Positions 10,166-17,785 of a stretch of DNA of 64,000 nt are shown here, piece after piece; the first letter of the stretch is position 1, and each line of letters opens with the position of its first letter. Source of the stretch: an uncultured Nitrososphaerota archaeon (GTDB taxonomy: Archaea; Thermoproteota; EX4484-205; JAAOZO01). The translations under genes and the position numbers were made by a program. The notes under the pieces are model-generated. The model saw nothing but the letters and a program-made list of their open reading frames with translations, searched no databases and had not been told where the DNA came from. Where the stretch lies: positions 64,001 to 128,000 of the forward strand of contig CAYOYV010000003.1 in assembly GCA_964408285.1 (NCBI GenBank). The letters run 5' to 3'.

Positions 10166-12595
10166 TCAAGCGCGATATGCCGCCAATTCGCCGATTTCTG
10201 TCCTTCTGATTTCGCCAACCTTCAGGTTCCGGAGCTTATGGGCCGCCACCAAGTCCTTGGTGAATGGGGCGAGTTTTGGATTCATGAATATCGTCTCGTC
10301 CAGTGCCGAATTGAGACTGAGGCCCCTGTTCTTCTTCTCGCTCCAAATGAATGAGTTGAATTGGGTAATCAACTCAAGGGATTCTCTTTCCGCTTCGTCC
10401 AGACTGGGACGCTTTTCGGGGAAGCTCTCGAACATCACGGATTTGCCATATATTTCGCCATATATGTAGTCCGTGATGACCGGCATTATCGGGTGAAGCG
10501 CGATGAGTGTCATCCTCAATATCGTGTGCGTGGCGGCTCTCGCGGAGACACTGTCGCGGTCCCCCAACTGAGAGTACAGGCGCGGCTTGACCATCTCTAG
10601 ATAGTGGTCAGCTATTCGGTTCCACAGGAAATCCCTTACAGACGTCCCGGCTGGAAATGGATCCAGACTCTCGTAGCCCTCTTCGGCCTGTGCGATAGCG
10701 GCACCCGTTGCTTTCACGAAGAGCTTGTCGAGATTCTCCGAGATCTCATCCTCCTCGGCTGGTGCGAACTGAGACACGAATCGGGACACATTCCAGAGCT
10801 TGGTTATGAAGAGAGATGCTGCTTTGACCCTTTCTTCAGACCATCTGTAGTTTGATCCGAGCTTCGCTTCGGATGCTGCCCATAACCTGAATGCATCTGC
10901 ACCATATTTCTCGAGAGGACCCTCGGGATATATCACATTTCCTTTTGACTTATGCATGACCTCTCCCTTCTCATCAACGCCCATTCCGCTTATCCTGACT
11001 TGCCGAAAGGGTCTATCATTCAGGAGCAAGAGATTTCTCAGAATGGAGTAATACAACCAGTTCCTGACTATGTCAACTCCTTGTGGCCTCAGATTTGCTG
11101 GTCTTGCCTTGCGAAACAGCAGATCATCACGCATGTATCCTATGATATATAGCTGAGAGATGCTGGAGTCCATCCAAGTATCCAGTACCCTTTCTTCACC
11201 GACGAATTCTCCTCCCCCGCAAACTGGACATCTAGAGCCTTGGGGGGGAGGGCTCTTCCAAGGCTGGTAGTAGGATCCCTTAGGAGGAACGTATTGGTTC
11301 CTACATTTGATGCAATACCACAGGGGAACTTCTGTGGCATAGTATCTTCTTCTTGATATCGGCCAATCCTGACTTATGCTTTCGATCCAATTGTACAGTA
11401 TCTGTTTCATGAAGGGGGGCTGGAATTCCATACTATCCGACATCTTTCTGACCATATCCCTGAATTCGATTTGCCTCAGATAGAATTCCTTCATTTCTAT
11501 GATCTCAACTGGAGTCGCGCATCTCCAGCAGGTAGGAGTCCTGTGTAGGGCGTATTGCTCCTTTAGGACGAGAGATCGATCCTTCAATACCCTGTGGATC
11601 TCACGTCTTGCGTCCTCAACTGCTAGTCCCGAGAGCTCGCGAGATACCTCGTTCATCTTCCCATCCCCCTCTATTGCGATCTCGGGTTCTAGCCTCAGTT
11701 CCCTGAAGAGTCGGACATCTGTGAAGTCCCCGTAACTGCATATCATAACGATTCCTGTCCCGAATTCTATTTTGGCTGCATTGTGAGGGATTATCTTGAC
11801 CTCCTTCTGATAGATTGGAACTATCGCAGTTTTGCCCTCAAGCTTCTGATATCTCTTATCCTGGGGATTATATATGACAGCGGCGCATGAAGCCAGTAAC
11901 TCTGGCCTGGTTGTGGCAATAATCACATCTTCGCCAGTTTCTTTAACCTTGAATCTGACGTAGACTAGTCTGGAAGGCAAGTCGCGATACTCAATGTCGG
12001 CATCGGCCATTGGTGTCCTACATCTTGGGCACCAGTTCACAGGTCTGAGGTCCTCGTAGATGAGGCCTTGCTGGAAAAGATCGATGAAAGTGGACTGGGT
12101 TATTGCCCTGTATTCAGGGGAATCGGTCATATAGTAGCTTTGCAGGTCGACGCCCATTGCAAGCAGCCTCACCTGATTCAGCACCTCCTTCTCAACAACA
12201 TCCAGGTATTGTCTACACAGCTCAAGGAATTCTTGACGGGGCATTTCCTTGGCGCTGACATTCCTCTCCCTCTCCACCATGACCTCTATCGGGAGCCCAT
12301 TGCGGTCAGCACCAAAAGGAAACAGGACGTTGAATCCCTTAAGCCTCTTGTATCTGGCTACCATATCGATTTGGGAATAGTGAGCTGCACCGCCAACATG
12401 CCACTTGTTCGAAATATAGGGCGGGGGCGTGTCTATGGAGTATATTTCTCCAGGTCGCGATGGATCGAACCGAAACATCCCCAAGCTGTGCCATTTCTCA
12501 ATGACTCCCCTCTCAAGGTCCCTGGTCCATCTAGTCTGCTTTAGCTTCGGCACTTCTTTGCTCTTTTCCCGGGTTTCTGTGTCGCTCGATTCCAT
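10166..12595 (-). CDS. valS: Valyl-tRNA synthetase (archaeal type)
   Basis: DTPPPY..HVGG (HIGH), ATTRPE, DWPISRRR, DTWMDSS, MHKSKGN (KMSKS). Confidence 0.93.
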   Translation of the reverse strand: MESSDTETREKSKEVPKLKQTRWTRDLERGVIEKWHSLGMFRFDPSRPGEIYSIDTPPPYISNKWHVGGAAHYSQIDMVARYKRLKGFNVLFPFGADRNGLPIEVMVERERNVSAKEMPRQEFLELCRQYLDVVEKEVLNQVRLLAMGVDLQSYYMTDSPEYRAITQSTFIDLFQQGLIYEDLRPVNWCPRCRTPMADADIEYRDLPSRLVYVRFKVKETGEDVIIATTRPELLASCAAVIYNPQDKRYQKLEGKTAIVPIYQKEVKIIPHNAAKIEFGTGIVMICSYGDFTDVRLFRELRLEPEIAIEGDGKMNEVSRELSGLAVEDARREIHRVLKDRSLVLKEQYALHRTPTCWRCATPVEIIEMKEFYLRQIEFRDMVRKMSDSMEFQPPFMKQILYNWIESISQDWPISRRRYYATEVPLWYCIKCRNQYVPPKGSYYQPWKSPPPQGSRCPVCGGGEFVGEERVLDTWMDSSISQLYIIGYMRDDLLFRKARPANLRPQGVDIVRNWLYYSILRNLLLLNDRPFRQVRISGMGVDEKGEVMHKSKGNVIYPEGPLEKYGADAFRLWAASEAKLGSNYRWSEERVKAASLFITKLWNVSRFVSQFAPAEEDEISENLDKLFVKATGAAIAQAEEGYESLDPFPAGTSVRDFLWNRIADHYLEMVKPRLYSQLGDRDSVSARAATHTILRMTLIALHPIMPVITDYIYGEIYGKSVMFESFPEKRPSLDEAERESLELITQFNSFIWSEKKNRGLSLNSALDETIFMNPKLAPFTKDLVAAHKLRNLKVGEIRRTEIGELAAYRA

Positions 12596-12722
12596 TGTCG
12601 TCTTTCCTCGCTGAAGTGGAATTTAGTCTTTTCCAACGTGCGCTACTCTGTCATCAAACCTTGCCCACATGGCAATCGCTCATGGGATCGGAAGACAAGT
12701 GCCTCTAGGCTAAGGATGGAAC

Positions 12723-13493
12723 TCAGAAAGCGCCTGCTATCCTCAATGCTTTCTCGAATTGATCTTCCGTCCTTAAATCAAGAACAGTTACTGATACAGA
12801 AGCTTGATCCCTGACTACACTTACGTCGGTGTTTGTGTCATCGGATCCGTAAAGACCCAATTCCCATCGTTTCATCGCATAGCCAGTTGAAGTCCTCTTA
12901 TGGATGGAGTGTAGTGCCCTCTTGCTTAGCATGCAAGGTCTAATCCCCCTCACAACTGGATAGGGAATGTTCATGGAGACGATTTCGCCTTCTCTCAGGA
13001 TTCCGAGACTCGACATCGCCGCCCTCAGAACTCGATTGACTGTTTGCCGAGTCTCGGGGGTCTGATACTCTAGGGACTCCCTCTGCTCTTTGGATATCGC
13101 AAGAGAAAGGGCTATAGCGATTTTCCCATGTATTGCCCCCTCGATAGCTGCCCCTATGGTTCCGGAATCAAAGAAATCCTCTATGCCCAAGTTCGGGCCG
13201 AGATTGACTCCACAGAGGATGATGTCAGGCTCGTTGGGGAGAAGGTACTCAATTCCAAGTAGAACCGCGTCAGCAGGCGTGCCGTCTATGGCGTATGCTT
13301 CCGAGCTGCGCTCGAATTCGTATTTTCGAACATTGACCTCGCCAAGTGTTATAGCTTTCCCTATGCCACTTCTTTCTCTGAGTGGGGCCACAACGTATAC
13401 GCTTCCGAATTCCTGCGCAGCTTCAGCCAACATGTGAAGCCCCGGTGAATCTATTCCGTCATCATTCACTGCTAGGATGGTTCTGTTCTCCAT
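12723..13493 (-). CDS. surE: 5'/3'-nucleotidase SurE
   Basis: NDDGIDSPG, VAP..RSG, GTPADAV, GVNLGPNLG, SGTIGAA. Confidence 0.92.
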   Translation of the reverse strand: MENRTILAVNDDGIDSPGLHMLAEAAQEFGSVYVVAPLRERSGIGKAITLGEVNVRKYEFERSSEAYAIDGTPADAVLLGIEYLLPNEPDIILCGVNLGPNLGIEDFFDSGTIGAAIEGAIHGKIAIALSLAISKEQRESLEYQTPETRQTVNRVLRAAMSSLGILREGEIVSMNIPYPVVRGIRPCMLSKRALHSIHKRTSTGYAMKRWELGLYGSDDTNTDVSVVRDQASVSVTVLDLRTEDQFEKALRIAGAF

Positions 13494-13517
13494 TGTACCT
13501 CGTGGAAACTATATGCT

Positions 13518-13523
13518 TTTAAA
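13518..13523. promoter_or_regulatory. Palindromic TATA box shared by divergent surE and rhomboid genes
   Basis: TTTAAA with 24 nt to each ATG (13493 on -, 13548 on +). Confidence 0.6.
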
Positions 13524-13547
13524 TGGTTTCTTCCGGATATCGACTGA

Positions 13548-14258
13548 ATGCTCCCAATTGGAGATGAGAATCCACGTGGTTCGGCCCCGATCGTTACTTA
13601 CATCCTGATCGCGGCAAATGTCGTGGTATTCTTGTATGAATTCATGCTGCCAGATGTCGCTTTCGAGGGATTGATTGTCAAATATGGATTCGTTCCTTCT
13701 AGCCTATCCTCGAATATCAGTACACTTGCGGTCGCTACGATTTTCACATCGATGTTTCTTCACGCGGACGTAACACACATTTTCGGAAACATGCTTTTCC
13801 TATATATATTTGGAGACAACATTGAGGATGCAATCGGTCATTTGCCTTACTTTCTCTTCTACATGATCTGTGGAGTCGCGGCCAGCTTCTTCCAATTCAT
13901 AACGGATCCGCTATCGACCATCCCTGCGATAGGCGCCTCTGGAGCGATATCGGGTGTACTTGGAGCCTACATACTGCTGTATCCAAGGGCAAGGGTGAGA
14001 ACTCTGGTCTTTCTCGGTCTCTTCTTGACATTCGCCAGGATCCCTGCCCTAATATATCTAGGCATATGGTTCCTTTATCAGATTCTTTACGCCTCCTTAC
14101 CAGAGGTCTCGGGAGTGGCATATTGGGCTCACATTGGGGGATTCATCACCGGTCTAGTGATCATGAGGCTGTATCCATGGAAGAGAAAGCCAATCCCTCC
14201 GCCTCCTCCGCCTCCAGCCTACCCGATTCAAGAGTTGCCTCAGCCGTATCGCGTCTGA
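13548..14258 (+). CDS. Rhomboid intramembrane serine protease
   Basis: FTSMFLH..HIFGNM, GASGAISG, AYWAHIGG; poly-Pro C-terminal tail. Confidence 0.92.
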   Translation: MLPIGDENPRGSAPIVTYILIAANVVVFLYEFMLPDVAFEGLIVKYGFVPSSLSSNISTLAVATIFTSMFLHADVTHIFGNMLFLYIFGDNIEDAIGHLPYFLFYMICGVAASFFQFITDPLSTIPAIGASGAISGVLGAYILLYPRARVRTLVFLGLFLTFARIPALIYLGIWFLYQILYASLPEVSGVAYWAHIGGFITGLVIMRLYPWKRKPIPPPPPPPAYPIQELPQPYRV

Positions 14259-14365
14259 GCGGCTTCAACGCCAGTTTGAAAGGAATCTGGATTCTCCGTG
14301 ATTGCGAATTCGGATCTCGGTATGAGTGCGATTCGAGGCCGTATAATGATCTCTCTGGATGAACT

Positions 14366-15322
14366 TCAAGCGCAGCCCCAAAGTTGCCTCGAGAACCTCA
14401 ACACCTGCTTGGCAAGCCTAACTCTGCCCCTCTGTCCGGCCATGAATGTATCAGTCACAAAGGGCGTGATCCCTAGTTGCTCGATTTCGTGCCGAAGCTG
14501 AGAGTCACTTCTATCTATTACAAATGCGTCGATTATGTCCCGATACATGCTTGCCACTTCCAATGAAGTGGTTTCTCTTTTGAAGGTCTTCAGCATCAGA
14601 CTAAGGGGCCCCTTCACGACCTTTCCTCCAATTATCGGCGAGATGGCGATCGTAGGCTCGTTCCTGCTGCGCATGAGCTCCCTCACACTGTCAACGGAGA
14701 GGATCGGTCCTATGCTCACAAATGGATTGCTTGGGGAGAGAATAACTAGATCAGAGTGAGTTATCGCGCTCGTCACGCCTGGAGAGGCTCTAGCGCCAGA
14801 CATCCCTCTGAATCTAATAGCGTTTATCTTGTCTCGCATCCTCCTTTTCACTAGATATTCCTGAAAGTGAAGATCGCCCGCCTTTGCAATGATTCGGGTC
14901 TCAACATGTGAATCTGTCATCGGGATTATCCTGCATTTCAGCCCAAAGGCTTTTCTGAAAAGTTCAGTTACCCGGGACAACGAATGGCCCTTCTGAAGCA
15001 ATTCCGTTCTGACGATGTGGATGGCGATATCCATATCTCCCAGTCTGAACCACGTTTCTTGTCCGATCCTATCGAGCATTCTCATGCATCGAAATGTGTC
15101 CCCGGTGATCCCCCACCCCTTTGACTCATCAACGATACGAGCAAGCGAGTATGTTATGATGTCAATGTCTGGTGATACATAGAGACCATGAGTGATTATG
15201 TCGTCCGCAGTATTCACTATCGCGGTTACCCCCTTCTCAGGGAAAACACTAACCAGCCCAGTCAGAAATTTGGCTGCGCCGACCCCTCCGCAGAGGACCG
15301 TTATTTGTTTCGGCCAGGTCAT
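14366..15322 (-). CDS. cofD: 2-phospho-L-lactate/phosphoenolpyruvate transferase (F420 biosynthesis)
   Basis: GGVGAAKF, NTADD, SPDID, WFRLGDMD, HFQEY, PSNPFVSIGPI; ATGA overlap with the upstream stop. Confidence 0.9.
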   Translation of the reverse strand: MTWPKQITVLCGGVGAAKFLTGLVSVFPEKGVTAIVNTADDIITHGLYVSPDIDIITYSLARIVDESKGWGITGDTFRCMRMLDRIGQETWFRLGDMDIAIHIVRTELLQKGHSLSRVTELFRKAFGLKCRIIPMTDSHVETRIIAKAGDLHFQEYLVKRRMRDKINAIRFRGMSGARASPGVTSAITHSDLVILSPSNPFVSIGPILSVDSVRELMRSRNEPTIAISPIIGGKVVKGPLSLMLKTFKRETTSLEVASMYRDIIDAFVIDRSDSQLRHEIEQLGITPFVTDTFMAGQRGRVRLAKQVLRFSRQLWGCA

Positions 15323-15927
15323 TTCCAAACTGAGACCTCCCTCAAGAGTCTGCGACGGGGTGGGCTAGGTCTTTCACATGATTTCCCCAGGGCGATCATG
15401 GCAATCGGTTCCCATTTCTTACCGACTCCTAGGACGCTGGCAACCTCTCTTCTGGCGAATAGCGGCGCACAACTCCATCTTGCTCCGATTCCAATTGCGT
15501 GGGCCATCAGCAACATGTTCTGGATGGCTGCCGATGCACTCTGAATCGCCATAGTTCTTTCAGCCGAATTCCTTATCTCATCACTATATACGTCCATATC
15601 TTCCATCGTCACTGCGACAACTATTATGACCGAGGTATGAAGAAATCTGTTCGTTGAGGATGCAATCACACGTTCGGCCTCAGCTGATCCTATGCCATCC
15701 CCTTCAAGGTCCTCTCTCCACTTCCTGCCCATCGCAACCAGCATTTTGTGCTTGTTCCTTTGATTCCTAACGATCACGAACCGCCAAGGTTGCGCATTAT
15801 GAGCAGAAGGTGCCCATATGCCAGCAGAAAGGATTCTTTCTATTGTTCGCCTCCCTATAGACATCTCCCTGAGCTTCCTTACTGTTCTTCTGCCCTTGAT
15901 GAAACGCAATAGTCGACTAGGATCCAT
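15319..15927 (-). CDS. Nitroreductase family protein, FbiB C-terminal-domain-like
   Basis: RRTVR, WAPSAHNAQPWRF, AIQNMLL.AHA.G.G..W.CAPLF; start set at ATG 15927 downstream of a TTAAAA box. Confidence 0.8.
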   Translation of the reverse strand: MDPSRLLRFIKGRRTVRKLREMSIGRRTIERILSAGIWAPSAHNAQPWRFVIVRNQRNKHKMLVAMGRKWREDLEGDGIGSAEAERVIASSTNRFLHTSVIIVVAVTMEDMDVYSDEIRNSAERTMAIQSASAAIQNMLLMAHAIGIGARWSCAPLFARREVASVLGVGKKWEPIAMIALGKSCERPSPPRRRLLREVSVWK

Positions 15928-16067
15928 TGTGGAGTTCTCCGCAGCGGGAGGTTTTAAGCGAGAGATGCCTCCGATCGAAGCCGACCTCGTCAGCTGGGGA
16001 AAAAGGATTGGCCGGATGGCTTGGGAGCTTCCGCGCATGCAACTCCATCAGATAGCGATGGAAGCAT

Positions 16068-16730
16068 CTATTCGCGCATGAAACTGTCCAAGTCCGACAC
16101 AAGAGCCTCGAATGTTTGGCCGAATATCCTCAAACCGATTTCCGGATTCGCCTTTTTCGGATCTCCCGTCACCCCGAATGAGGGATCGGCGTACTTCATC
16201 ATCTCTAATTTCGCCATACTTGGCCTAAGGTAGAGGATTTGAGATGTGAGGAAAGGATTGCCGGGGGAAAGCGGATCCTCGCCTTCAAGCTCAGGTACCT
16301 TCGGATAGTTCTGCCACAGTCCCAGTGCCTTCTTCTTTCCGGGGATCTGACCAAGAACAGTCTGGCATGCTTCAAGGTCTTTTTTGCCATTGCACAGAAT
16401 GGCCGTCCTTTCGATTCTTAGCGTCTTGAGGCCTTTGGAGGATTCCAGAATTGCAGCCTTGAAAGCACTTTCTGAGGAAGGCAACAAGCTCCTTTCACTC
16501 AGGGTGGTTAGGACGATCGGGTTGAGGAATAGATATGGATGCAGCCTCTCTGTAAGTCTATGTGAATATTCCCCGACCAGTTCTATTTCCGATCCAGAAG
16601 CAAGATGAGGACCATGGTCCACAAGACCAGCGATTGGAATCAAGCCTGCCAAGGCCTGCTTCGATCTGTATCTGAATTCCGGACCTGTCATCTCGCCTGT
16701 TGAAGGTAGCATGGGCCACGGAATCAGCAA
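16068..16730 (-). CDS. Creatininase-fold protein with degenerate active site
   Basis: IPIAGLVDHGPHL and FGVTGDPKKA..E.G match the family; NGHGGN and HAG.ETS motifs lost; start may be ATG 16712. Confidence 0.65.
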   Translation of the reverse strand: MLIPWPMLPSTGEMTGPEFRYRSKQALAGLIPIAGLVDHGPHLASGSEIELVGEYSHRLTERLHPYLFLNPIVLTTLSERSLLPSSESAFKAAILESSKGLKTLRIERTAILCNGKKDLEACQTVLGQIPGKKKALGLWQNYPKVPELEGEDPLSPGNPFLTSQILYLRPSMAKLEMMKYADPSFGVTGDPKKANPEIGLRIFGQTFEALVSDLDSFMRE

Positions 16731-16761
16731 GCCATTAATATAGCTTCCGACTTTACGCGCA

Positions 16762-17730
16762 GTGGACTCAATGGTTCAATCACAGCGCAGGGCCCTTGGC
16801 TTGGTCTATGGAAAAGAACTGCTATCATACGATTTCGGCCCTAATCACTATATGAACGCAAAGAGGCTGATATCTTTTTTCGAGGCAGTTCAGTCATCAA
16901 GTCTATTGACCGATAGAAGAATATCCGTTCTGAATCCGAGGAAGGCAACACGAGAGGAATTAGCGCTCTATCACGATGAAACTTACATAGGATTCGTCAA
17001 GAAGGCATCGGAAAGAGGAACGGGCCTGCTGGACTATGGAGACACTCCTGTGTTTCCAGGGATTTTCGAAGCAGCATCATATGTGGTTGGGTCCTCTCTC
17101 GCGGCATTGGATGCCGTGATGAAGGGAGAAGTGACCTACTCCATGAATCCAATGGGAGGAATGCATCATGCAAGGAAGAATCGAGCAGCTGGCTTCTGCG
17201 TCTTCAATGATGTAGGGGTCATAATCGAAAAGTCAAGAAGGGAATATGGCCTTGCCAGGATCCTGTATGTGGATCTGGATGCCCATCACGGGGACGGCGT
17301 GATGTATGACTATTATGACGATCCTAACCTGTACATCGCGGACTTCCATGAGGATGGGAGATACCTATATCCTGGAACAGGATTCACCGATGAGACAGGG
17401 GGTTCCAATGCTGCCGGGACAAAATTGAACTTGCCCCTAAGGCCGGGCGCCAGAGATGCCGAATTCCTCGACAAGTTCCAAACGATGAAGGAGTTCGTAT
17501 CTGCACTCTCCGTCGATCTGACAATAGTGCAGGCTGGCGTCGACTCCATCGCCGGAGACCTTTCTCACCTAGATTTGACCATGAATTCGCATCTTGCTGT
17601 CATCTCTTTCCTAAAGAAGCGCGCCGCATCGAGTTCGAAAGGTCCCTTGATCGTTCTGGGGGGAGGCGGTTATAATCCCAGAAATACTTCGGCAGTCTGG
17701 CTCTCAATAGTCAAGAATCTCATCGGATGA
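16762..17730 (+). CDS. Zn-dependent deacetylase, HDAC/AcuC family
   Basis: GGMHHA, GFCVFND, DLDAHHGDG, QAGVDS, GGGGY. Confidence 0.9.
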   Translation: MDSMVQSQRRALGLVYGKELLSYDFGPNHYMNAKRLISFFEAVQSSSLLTDRRISVLNPRKATREELALYHDETYIGFVKKASERGTGLLDYGDTPVFPGIFEAASYVVGSSLAALDAVMKGEVTYSMNPMGGMHHARKNRAAGFCVFNDVGVIIEKSRREYGLARILYVDLDAHHGDGVMYDYYDDPNLYIADFHEDGRYLYPGTGFTDETGGSNAAGTKLNLPLRPGARDAEFLDKFQTMKEFVSALSVDLTIVQAGVDSIAGDLSHLDLTMNSHLAVISFLKKRAASSSKGPLIVLGGGGYNPRNTSAVWLSIVKNLIG

Positions 17731-17785
17731 TCATTGGCAGACACCCTTTTGCCGAATAAAAGAAGGATTTTTTATACTTCTGAAG

